Below are positions 1-9,792 of a stretch of 30,932 nt of DNA, piece after piece. Under the pieces are notes generated by a model, which was given only the letters and a program-made list of their open reading frames with translations, made no database searches and was not told where the DNA came from. The position numbers and the translations under genes are program-made. Each line of letters opens with the position of its first letter. Within the stretch, counting starts at the first letter, position 1. Origin of the DNA: an uncultured Gammaproteobacteria bacterium. GTDB lineage: Bacteria > Patescibacteriota > Patescibacteriia > UBA2591 > UBA6264. The stretch is taken from positions 1-30,932 of the forward strand of contig CAZBSA010000001.1 in NCBI GenBank assembly GCA_964494785.1. Direction: 5' to 3'.

Positions 1-1
1 A

Positions 2-2005
<2,004 letters not shown>

Positions 2006-2006
2006 T

Positions 2007-3704
2007 TTATTCAATTACCCTAAATACTTCTTCAACGCTTGTAATTCCATTAGCAGCTTTTATAAGACCATCTTGAACCATAGTAACCATACCTTGTTTT
2101 TTAGCTAATTTTTGAATTTTTCCCTTTGTAATATTTTGATCAGATATTTCTTTTTCAACATTTTCATCAACATCAAAAATTTCATAAATACCAATTCTCC
2201 CCTTATAACCTAAATCTTGACATTTTTTACAACCTTCTCCTTTGTAAAAATGTAAATCATTAAAATTAATTTTAGATTTTACTCTATCAGGTAAACCTGA
2301 TAGTATTTTTTTTACTCTTTCTAATCTTTGAGAAGAAAGCTTTACTTCTTTTTTACAATGAGGACAAACTCTTCTTACTAATCTCTGACCAATAATAGCA
2401 TTAATTGCAGGCCCTAAAAGATAAGGTTTAACACCTAAAGACAAAAGCCTTGGTATTGCCCCTGCTGCATCATTGGTATGAAGAGTAGAAACAACTACGT
2501 GTCCAGTTAAAGCAGCTTGAAGAGCAATTTTAGCGGTTTCTAAATCTCTAATTTCTCCTACCATTACAACGTCAGGGTCTTGCCTTAAAAGAGACTTTAA
2601 ACCTTTAGCAAAATCATAATCTTTAGATTTATCTACCTGACTTTGATTTATTCCTTCCAGTCTATACTCAACAGGATTTTCCAGAGTAATAATTTTTGTT
2701 TCTTCATCGTTTAACTTTTTTAAAATAGCATAAAGAGTTGTTGTTTTACCGGAACCAGTTGGTCCAGTAGTCAAAATCATACCATTGGGGCGTTTGACTT
2801 CTTTTTCTAATTTGTCTAAAGCATATTTTCCTACCCCTAAATTTTCAAAGCCAATACCAAGAGAAGAAGAGCGTAATAATCTCATTACTATACTCTCTCC
2901 GTAAGAAGTGGGAAGAGCAGAAGCTCTTATGTCAATCCTTTCATCAGGTAATTTTATAACAAAATGACCATCCTGAGGTATATCACTAACATTTAACTTC
3001 ATGCCAGACAACAACTTAATTCTTGAGGCAATATTTTTCCATTTATCTTTAGATATCTCAGCTACATCTACTAAAACACCATCAATCCTAAACCTTAGTT
3101 GAATACCTTTTTCTTCCGCCTCAAAGTGAACGTCAGAAGCCCCGGCGCTTGTAGCGCTGGCCATTACAAAAGTTAAAAGCTTAGATGTAGAAACATTTTC
3201 AATTTGATTGGGTAAATCATGAAAAGTATCTACGCTTTCCTGAAAATTTTTAAAATCTTGGGGAGAAATAGCAATTTGTTTTTTTTGTTCTCTAATCTTG
3301 GGTAAAGCCTTGTATCTTTTTAAAGCTTTTTGAAAATTTCTTTGTGAAATAAGGTATAATTTTACTTGAAGATTTTTCTCTTGAGCAACATCATCAACTT
3401 TTTTTTGGATTTGTTGTGAAAAAGCTTTAGGAGAAGCAATTCTTACTTGATTACCTTTTCTAAAAAAACAAATTATTTGATCTGATTTTGCATCTTTTTC
3501 TGGAATTAAACGCAAAGCTTCTGGAGAAATAGGAAACTTTGACAAATCAATATATGGCAAACCAGATTTTTTAGCCTTTAGTTTAGTCTTTTTCTCTTGA
3601 TTTTTAGCCGCCATATCAGATAATTTTTCATTTAATCTATTTGAAGATCCCTTTGCATTTGTATTTTTTGAATTTTTGTTTAATAAATCTCCTATATCTT
3701 GCAT
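2007..3704 (-). CDS. pilB: Type IV pilus assembly / T2SS GspE-PilB family ATPase
   Basis: ASDVHFE, RFRIDGVL, PQDG, Walker A GPTGSGKT, LRQDPDVVMVGEIRD, His box GHVVVSTLH, tetracysteine CPHC...CKKC, GYKGRIGIYE. N-terminal GLPYIDL/LIPE domain typical of PilB/GspE. Confidence 0.93.
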   Translation of the reverse strand: MQDIGDLLNKNSKNTNAKGSSNRLNEKLSDMAAKNQEKKTKLKAKKSGLPYIDLSKFPISPEALRLIPEKDAKSDQIICFFRKGNQVRIASPKAFSQQIQKKVDDVAQEKNLQVKLYLISQRNFQKALKRYKALPKIREQKKQIAISPQDFKNFQESVDTFHDLPNQIENVSTSKLLTFVMASATSAGASDVHFEAEEKGIQLRFRIDGVLVDVAEISKDKWKNIASRIKLLSGMKLNVSDIPQDGHFVIKLPDERIDIRASALPTSYGESIVMRLLRSSSLGIGFENLGVGKYALDKLEKEVKRPNGMILTTGPTGSGKTTTLYAILKKLNDEETKIITLENPVEYRLEGINQSQVDKSKDYDFAKGLKSLLRQDPDVVMVGEIRDLETAKIALQAALTGHVVVSTLHTNDAAGAIPRLLSLGVKPYLLGPAINAIIGQRLVRRVCPHCKKEVKLSSQRLERVKKILSGLPDRVKSKINFNDLHFYKGEGCKKCQDLGYKGRIGIYEIFDVDENVEKEISDQNITKGKIQKLAKKQGMVTMVQDGLIKAANGITSVEEVFRVIE

Positions 3705-3708
3705 AAAT

Positions 3709-4569
3709 TTATTGTTTACCTAAAAGTATTTTAGCTTCATCTGTTAAACTAATTAAAGTGTCATGATAAATTTTAGTTTCTTTTTTATAAAAATCTCTTT
3801 TTTTATTTAAAAACTCCTTACAAGTAATTATATCTTTAGAAAATAAAGTTTTCCTAACAAAAGAATTAGCGCTTTTTAAAATCGTAATTGGGTATAACTT
3901 TTTCTTATCAATTAGCCTTTCTAATCCCGAACCTTTGGGGTGTTTCCAACCTAATAGTCTCACTTTTTCGCATTTACTATATTGAATTGCCATATTAGAA
4001 AACTTTGTATTGGAAATCAGCCAAGGATAATCAAATGACTGTTTTTTATTATTTGCTTTTTGTAAATCTAAGAATCTAGCTTTAGTATAAAGAGCGGTTT
4101 TAATACCTGATCTTATTCCAGCATCATTATGATATTTACATTCTACCATATAATTTAAACCCTTCCCAGTTTCTTGCCAGGGAATCGCTTCTTTTTTAGA
4201 GGCTTTAGAAACAATATCTACTTCGTGTTTAACACATTTCCCTGATAATAAATCAGGCATAAAAGCCTTATATCCATATTCGTTCAAAAAACTGCAAATA
4301 AATTTTTCAAAAATAAAACCAGCTGGCCCTAATGCCAGCACAGATTGCTTAAGATTATAGCGAGTTGCGAGTCGAGGATTTTCATGATGTAAAAAATTTA
4401 GCACTAAATCAAGTATTTCTCTAGTTGTAATTCCTTGATATAAATTATCTTTAACCTTTTTTGCAATCCTGCGAGCTAATTTTTCATTAGCGCCTGCTTT
4501 TTTACAAGTTCTTATAATTTTTTCTATTTTAAATTCTTCTTTTCTCCCCGAAGCTTTTAAAACTTGCAT
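3709..4569 (-). CDS. ATP-cone domain fused to a PD-(D/E)xK restriction-endonuclease-like (Mrr-like) domain
   Basis: N-terminal VLKASGRKEEFKIEKI...AG is an ATP-cone signature. GPAGFIFEKF, HEVDIV and VECKYHN give the E...D...ExK nuclease triad. Confidence 0.8.
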   Translation of the reverse strand: MQVLKASGRKEEFKIEKIIRTCKKAGANEKLARRIAKKVKDNLYQGITTREILDLVLNFLHHENPRLATRYNLKQSVLALGPAGFIFEKFICSFLNEYGYKAFMPDLLSGKCVKHEVDIVSKASKKEAIPWQETGKGLNYMVECKYHNDAGIRSGIKTALYTKARFLDLQKANNKKQSFDYPWLISNTKFSNMAIQYSKCEKVRLLGWKHPKGSGLERLIDKKKLYPITILKSANSFVRKTLFSKDIITCKEFLNKKRDFYKKETKIYHDTLISLTDEAKILLGKQ

Positions 4570-4582
4570 AAGAAATAAAAAA

Positions 4583-5965
4583 TTATTGATTATATAACCT
4601 TTGCTTTATAAGATCTACCTCCTGTTTAATTCTGCCTTCTTTTTTAATTTCTTTTTTAATTTTTTTATGAGCATGCATTGCCGTAGTATGGTCCCGGTCT
4701 CCTACTTTTTCTCCTATGGTTGGAAAAGAAGAATCAATTTCTTCTCTCATAAGATACATAGCTACTTGCCTTGGAACAACTATTTCTCTTTTACGGGAAC
4801 TGCCTAGCATTTTATCTAATGGAATACCATAAAAATTTGCTACAGTTTTTATAAGTTGTTTAGGCCTAACTAAAGACTTGCTTTTTTTAGCTTTGAGACC
4901 ACTTAAAATATTTTTAGCTACATCTAAGCTCATTTCTGTTTTATGAAAATCACAATATGCAGTTAATTTATTAAGAGCACCTTCTAATTCGCGAACATTA
5001 CTTTGAATATGGCTTGCTAAATATTGAATAATTTTATCGCTTAACTTAACTCCTTTATTTTCAGCTTTATTTTTTAAAATAGCAATCCTAGTTTCTAGAT
5101 CAGGCGAAGATATATCAGCAATCAAACCCCACTCCAATCTTGAAACTAGTCTTTCTTCTAAAGCTGGAATAGCCTTAGGCGTTCTGTCGGATGTTATAAC
5201 AATTTGTCTATCTTCTTGGTATAAGCTATTAAAAGTATGGAAAAATTCTTCCTGAGTTCTTTCTTTACCAGCCATAAATTGAACATCATCAATCAATAAT
5301 AATTCTAACCCCCTATACTTTCTTTTAAATTGATCCATGTTGTTGTTACTAATTGCCCTAATAAACTCATTTGTAAACTTTTCTGCGTTAGTATATAAAA
5401 TTTTAATATCTTTTTTTTCTTTTAGAAGTTTATGGCCTATAGCTTGTAAAAGATGAGTTTTACCAAGGCCAACATCTCCATATATAAATAAAGGGTTATA
5501 TCTAGTACCAAGCTCTTTGCTAACTGACTCGCAAGCCGCATAAGCTAATTCAGATCCTTTACCTACTACAAAATTTTCAAAAGTATAATTAGGGTTAAGG
5601 CCGTATTTGTTTTCTTGTTTTTTAGAAGTCTTTGAACTAGTTTTTTGTTTATCAGATTTACTTGATTTTAGATCTTTAGATTTTTTATTATCTTTTTTTT
5701 CTGGAGCAACTTTATACTTTACTTTTCTCACTTTGCTATCCATTGCATCTTGTAGAGCGTCTAAAATAGAGCGATGATATTTTTTTTCTAACCAATCTTT
5801 AGAAAAATTAGTTGGTACACCAACTACTACAGTTTGATTATTGTCTTCTAATTTTAAAATTCTAGTATTAGAAAACCAAGTTTTAAAATTAGCCTTTGAA
5901 AGATTAAGCTCAAGGTCGGATAAAACTATTTCCCAAAGTTCTTTTTTATCTATTGTTTGATTCAT
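4583..5965 (-). CDS. dnaA: Chromosomal replication initiator DnaA
   Basis: Domain I FKTWF/VPTNFSKDWL; YTFENFVVG; YNPLFIYGDVGLGKTHLL (Walker A); LLLIDDVQF (Walker B); RLVSRLEWG; NVRELEGA; domain IV PRQVAMYL...RDHTTAMHA. Confidence 0.98.
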   Translation of the reverse strand: MNQTIDKKELWEIVLSDLELNLSKANFKTWFSNTRILKLEDNNQTVVVGVPTNFSKDWLEKKYHRSILDALQDAMDSKVRKVKYKVAPEKKDNKKSKDLKSSKSDKQKTSSKTSKKQENKYGLNPNYTFENFVVGKGSELAYAACESVSKELGTRYNPLFIYGDVGLGKTHLLQAIGHKLLKEKKDIKILYTNAEKFTNEFIRAISNNNMDQFKRKYRGLELLLIDDVQFMAGKERTQEEFFHTFNSLYQEDRQIVITSDRTPKAIPALEERLVSRLEWGLIADISSPDLETRIAILKNKAENKGVKLSDKIIQYLASHIQSNVRELEGALNKLTAYCDFHKTEMSLDVAKNILSGLKAKKSKSLVRPKQLIKTVANFYGIPLDKMLGSSRKREIVVPRQVAMYLMREEIDSSFPTIGEKVGDRDHTTAMHAHKKIKKEIKKEGRIKQEVDLIKQRLYNQ

Positions 5966-5997
5966 AAAGCAAAAGTATCTAAAATTGATTTATAATT

Positions 5998-6027
5998 ATT
6001 ATACTATATTCTTTTCATAACAAACAA
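5998..6027 (-). promoter_or_regulatory. Putative sigma70-type promoter of dnaA (TTGTTT-N18-TATAAT)
   Basis: Minus-strand TATAAT at 6003-5998 and TTGTTT at 6027-6022, 18-nt spacer, about 30 nt upstream of the dnaA ATG. AT-rich context makes chance matches likely. Confidence 0.4.
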
Positions 6028-6037
6028 ACTAACAAGC

Positions 6038-6059
6038 TGTGGATAAATTGTGTAAATAA
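6038..6059 (-). promoter_or_regulatory. Tandem DnaA boxes (one perfect TTATCCACA plus a 2-mismatch TTATTTACA)
   Basis: Plus strand TGTGGATAA at 6038-6046 and TGTAAATAA at 6051-6059, 4 nt apart, directly upstream of dnaA. Confidence 0.75.
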
Positions 6060-6100
6060 AAATATTACTACTTATTTAAAACCTACCATACCAAAATGAT

Positions 6101-6128
6101 TTGTCAAGAAATAAAAAAATGTTATAAT
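6101..6128 (+). promoter_or_regulatory. Promoter of the rpmF-nusB-rnc-smc operon (TTGTCA-N16-TATAAT, extended -10)
   Basis: TTGTCA 6101-6106; TG at 6120-6121; TATAAT 6123-6128; about 32 nt before the rpmF ATG. Confidence 0.65.
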
Positions 6129-6160
6129 ATAATCAATTAAAAAAGTAAATAAATAAAAAT

Positions 6161-6361
6161 ATGGCAGTTCCAAAACAAAAAAGATCAAAATCTAGACAAA
6201 AAAGAAGAAAATATCACTTTAAAGTTAAGAATTCTAATTTAAGAAAATGTCCTGAGTGTAAAAAATTGATTCCTCCTCACCAAGCATGTCCTTATTGCGG
6301 TTATTATAAAGGTAAAAAAGTCACCAAAGAAGACAATAAAGATAATAAAGATAAAAAATAA
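6161..6361 (+). CDS. rpmF: 50S ribosomal protein bL32 (Zn-binding form)
   Basis: [16 protein letters not shown]; CPEC...[11 protein letters not shown]. Confidence 0.97.
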   Translation: MAVPKQKRSKSRQKRRKYHFKVKNSNLRKCPECKKLIPPHQACPYCGYYKGKKVTKEDNKDNKDKK

Positions 6362-6366
6362 GCTTT

Positions 6367-6807
6367 ATGGCTAAAAGACATATTGCTAGAACTATTGCTT
6401 TAAGATCCCTGGCTGAATGGGACTTTAACATTAATGCTTTAAATAAAAAAAAAGACATTAAATTAATATTAAAACGCAATCTAGATGAGTTTACACATAA
6501 TAAATTTGATGCCCAAGATTTTGCTAAAGATTTGACCCATAAAGTCTTAGAAAAAATAGATGAATTAGATAAATACATAAGAAAATATGCTCCTCAGTGG
6601 CCTATAGGCCAAATAACTATTATAGATAGAAATATTTTAAGAATTGGTATTCTTGAAATTATATTCTTTAAAACCCCACCCAAGGTCGCTATAAATGAAG
6701 CCATTGAAATAGCTAAATCCTTTGGCGGAGATACTTCTTCTAAATTCATAAATGGAATATTGGGAGCAATTTATGAAGATATAAAAAGCGATGATGATAA
6801 AAAGTAG
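6367..6807 (+). CDS. nusB: Transcription antitermination factor NusB
   Basis: [37 protein letters not shown]. Confidence 0.96.
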   Translation: MAKRHIARTIALRSLAEWDFNINALNKKKDIKLILKRNLDEFTHNKFDAQDFAKDLTHKVLEKIDELDKYIRKYAPQWPIGQITIIDRNILRIGILEIIFFKTPPKVAINEAIEIAKSFGGDTSSKFINGILGAIYEDIKSDDDKK

Positions 6808-6809
6808 TT

Positions 6810-7493
6810 ATGAAAAATAGACTAGATAGCCTTGAAAAAAAAATTAATATTAAATTTAAGGATGAAAAACTTGCCCTTAAAGCTTTAACCCATAAATCTT
6901 ATTTAAACGAACACCCTAACTTAAAAAGAAACGATAATGAAAGATTAGAATTTTTAGGTGATGCTATTTTAGAATTTATTACTACTGATTTTTTATATAA
7001 AAAATACAAAAGTTATCCTGAAGGTAAATTAACTGCATTAAGATCTAGTTTAGTAAATACTAGATCTTTAACTAAATTAGCTCAAAAAATAAATTTAGAA
7101 CAATATATATTTCTTAGCAAAGGAGAAAAAGCTGGTAAAACTCGCTCTACTATATTAGCTAATGTTGTAGAATCTTTAATAGGAGCTATATATTTAGACC
7201 AAGGTATGAAGGCAACTAAAAAATTTGTAACTGAATTTGTCACCCCTAAAATTAACATTATTTTAAAAAAAGAAAGCTATAAAAATGCTAAAGGACAACT
7301 TCAAGAAATTACTCAATCAAAAATAAAAACAACCCCTACTTATAAACTTCTTTCCTCAACTGGACCTGAGCATGATAAAATATTCAAAGTGGGGGTTTTT
7401 ATTAACGAAAAAAAAATAGCCATCGGTAAGGGCAAAAGTAAACAAAGAGCTCAAATAAAAGCAGCTCAAAAAGCTATTAAAAAATTAAAATAA
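6810..7493 (+). CDS. rnc: Ribonuclease III
   Basis: ALTHKS, NERLEFLGDA signature, ESLIGAIYLD, C-terminal dsRBD (KGQLQE...GPEH...GKGKSKQRAQ). Confidence 0.97.
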   Translation: MKNRLDSLEKKINIKFKDEKLALKALTHKSYLNEHPNLKRNDNERLEFLGDAILEFITTDFLYKKYKSYPEGKLTALRSSLVNTRSLTKLAQKINLEQYIFLSKGEKAGKTRSTILANVVESLIGAIYLDQGMKATKKFVTEFVTPKINIILKKESYKNAKGQLQEITQSKIKTTPTYKLLSSTGPEHDKIFKVGVFINEKKIAIGKGKSKQRAQIKAAQKAIKKLK

Positions 7494-7495
7494 GA

Positions 7496-9709
7496 ATGTA
7501 TTTAAAAAAAATAAAAATTCAAGGTTTTAAATCTTTTGCTAATAAAACTGTCCTCTCTTTTCCAAAACCAGAAGAGGACAGATTTAACATTATTAGTATT
7601 GTTGGCCCAAATGGCTCAGGCAAATCAAATGTTTTAGATGCAATCCAGTGGGGGTTAGGAGAACAAAGCATGAAATCTTTAAGAAGCAAAAAATCAGAAG
7701 ATATTATTTTTTCTGGGTCTAAAGAAAAAAGGCCCAAGAATAAAGCAGAGGTAACTCTTTACTTTGACAACCAGGCTGGTAAAAGCCCGATTGATTATAA
7801 AGAATTTACTATAACAAGAACTATTTTCCGAGATGGTACTAGTAAATATAAATTAAATAAAGACGAGGTAAGACTAAAAGATATATTACTACTTTTAGCA
7901 AAGACTAACTTTGGTCAAAAAAGTTATAGTATTGTAAGCCAAGGCATGGTAAATCAAGTCCTTATAAGCTCTCATAAAGAAAGAAAAGAATTTTTTAATG
8001 AAGCTACCGGGGTACAAAAATATATTTATAAAAAAGAAAACGCTTTAAATAAAATAGAAAAAAGCCAAGAAAACCTTAAAGAAGCAAAAATTGCATTAAG
8101 AGAAATAACCCCAAGAATGCGCTCCTTAACTAGACAAATCAAAAAACTATCTAAGAAAAAAGATATTAAAGAGAAATTAACTAATTCACAAATTCAATAT
8201 TATGGTAAAAACATAAAAACAATCAACCAAAAAATTGAGCAAAATAATAATAAAAGGCAAGAAATTGCTAAAAAACAAAAAGAAGTTAAAAAAACATTAA
8301 ATAATCTTCAAGATCAATCTAAAAAAATTGTTTATAAAAAACAGGAAAATAAATATCAAGATCTGCAAAATAAACAACAAAAGCACTTAGATACTAAAAA
8401 CCAACTCATTACCCAACGCTCTGAACTAAAAGCAAAAATAGAAATTTTAAAAAATCAATTAAAAGAAAAACAAGAAACTAATAGAAAAGAAAACATTGAA
8501 ATCACTAATGCTAATAAATTATTTAAAAAATTAAAACAAATAAATAATCTTCAAAAAGAACAAATAAAAGAAATTAAAAATATAAAATCCTTAAGTGAAA
8601 TTGAAAAAATCCAACAAATCTCTCAAAAAGTTTTTAATAAGCTAAATTCTTTGTTTGATTTATTTAAAAAAACTAATTTTGAAAATAAACCTAAAAATAA
8701 TAATAAATTAAAAAAAGAAAAAATTAATGACTTAAAAAATAAATTAGAAAATATTGATAAAAATATTAAAACAGTTAACACTAATTTAGAACAAATTAAA
8801 AAAGATCTTAATCAATTTAATAATGTAGAACAAGAAAAAAGAGAAAAATTATTAAAATGGCAACAAGATACTCAAAAACAGCAAGCCAAATTAAACGAAA
8901 TTAATAATAAATTAAATAAAATAGATATAGAAAACACCCGCTTAAAAACAAAAAAAGAAGACCTAGAAGCAGAAATTAAAAATGAAATGGGACTTTCCTT
9001 AAAAGAGTTATTAAAAAAAGACATTAAAAACAAAGAAATAAACTATGATCACATTTCAAAACTGAAAGAAAAACTGAGTATTATAGGAGGCATTGATCCT
9101 AGCATAGAAGACGAGTACCCAAAAGTTAAAGAAAGATACGACTTTTTAAAATCCCAAACAGATGATTTATCAAAAACCATAAAATCCCTTTTAAAAATCG
9201 TTAAACAATTAAATAAAAAAATAGAATCCACTTTTAAACAAAAATTTAGTCAAATTAATACAGAATTTAATGAATATTTTCAAACTATTTTTGGTGGTGG
9301 TAAAGCTAAAATAACTTTTCAAGAAAAAGATATAGAACAAGACAAAAAAAATAATTCTTTAATCAGTAATATAGAAATTTTTGCCTCTCCTCCAGATAAA
9401 AAAATTAAAAATATTGAAATGTTGTCAGGAGGAGAAAAAGCCTTAACATCTTTAGCATTAATTTGTGCTATTATAGCTATTAATAAACCCCCTTTTGTAA
9501 TACTAGATGAAGCAGATGCTGCCCTTGATCAAAAAAATTCTGCTCGTTTTGCTAATATATTAAAAGATTTAAGAAAACATACTCAATTTATTGTCATAAC
9601 ACATAATCAACAAACAATACAAATCGCAGATATTTTATATGGTGCCACTATGAAGAAAACAGGCGCTTCTAAATTAGTTTCCCTAAAGCTAGAAGAAGAA
9701 AGTATTTAA
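7496..9709 (+). CDS. smc: SMC-family chromosome segregation ATPase, short and apparently hinge-less
   Basis: IQGFKSFA, Walker A GPNGSGKSN, EDIIFSG, Q-loop SQG, signature LSGGEK, Walker B/D-loop ILDEADAALD, H-loop QFIVITH, pre-head ERYDFL. Directly follows rnc as in Firmicutes. Confidence 0.9.
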   Translation: MYLKKIKIQGFKSFANKTVLSFPKPEEDRFNIISIVGPNGSGKSNVLDAIQWGLGEQSMKSLRSKKSEDIIFSGSKEKRPKNKAEVTLYFDNQAGKSPIDYKEFTITRTIFRDGTSKYKLNKDEVRLKDILLLLAKTNFGQKSYSIVSQGMVNQVLISSHKERKEFFNEATGVQKYIYKKENALNKIEKSQENLKEAKIALREITPRMRSLTRQIKKLSKKKDIKEKLTNSQIQYYGKNIKTINQKIEQNNNKRQEIAKKQKEVKKTLNNLQDQSKKIVYKKQENKYQDLQNKQQKHLDTKNQLITQRSELKAKIEILKNQLKEKQETNRKENIEITNANKLFKKLKQINNLQKEQIKEIKNIKSLSEIEKIQQISQKVFNKLNSLFDLFKKTNFENKPKNNNKLKKEKINDLKNKLENIDKNIKTVNTNLEQIKKDLNQFNNVEQEKREKLLKWQQDTQKQQAKLNEINNKLNKIDIENTRLKTKKEDLEAEIKNEMGLSLKELLKKDIKNKEINYDHISKLKEKLSIIGGIDPSIEDEYPKVKERYDFLKSQTDDLSKTIKSLLKIVKQLNKKIESTFKQKFSQINTEFNEYFQTIFGGGKAKITFQEKDIEQDKKNNSLISNIEIFASPPDKKIKNIEMLSGGEKALTSLALICAIIAINKPPFVILDEADAALDQKNSARFANILKDLRKHTQFIVITHNQQTIQIADILYGATMKKTGASKLVSLKLEEESI

Positions 9710-9731
9710 AATTAACACATTATACTAAATA

Positions 9732-9761
9732 AAAAACTCCGAAAGCAAAATCGGAGTTTTT
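9732..9761. terminator. Bidirectional intrinsic terminator between convergent smc and mreB-like gene
   Basis: AAAAACTCCGA-AAGCAAAA-TCGGAGTTTTT: 11-bp stem whose outer A/T runs give a U-tract in either direction. Confidence 0.85.
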
Positions 9762-9792
9762 GTATATTAAAATTATTTTAAATTTTTAACAC

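Noticed and set aside
3678-3704. PilB N-terminal DIGDLL as an MshEN c-di-GMP-binding motif linking pilB to the GGDEF gene
   Set aside because: It lacks the essential Arg of RLG and the downstream GLI...LxxQ pattern; at most vestigial.
6060-6080. TATTACTACT as DnaA-trios of a basal unwinding system (oriC)
   Set aside because: In the B. subtilis-type arrangement the TAC/TAT run follows TTATCCACA boxes and a GC patch on the same strand. Here it lies on the opposite side and strand, so it does not support oriC.
6326-6361. GAYAATAAA-type short repeat at the rpmF 3' end ([11 protein letters not shown])
   Set aside because: Two to three imperfect copies encoding a low-complexity charged tail; too short to imply a function.
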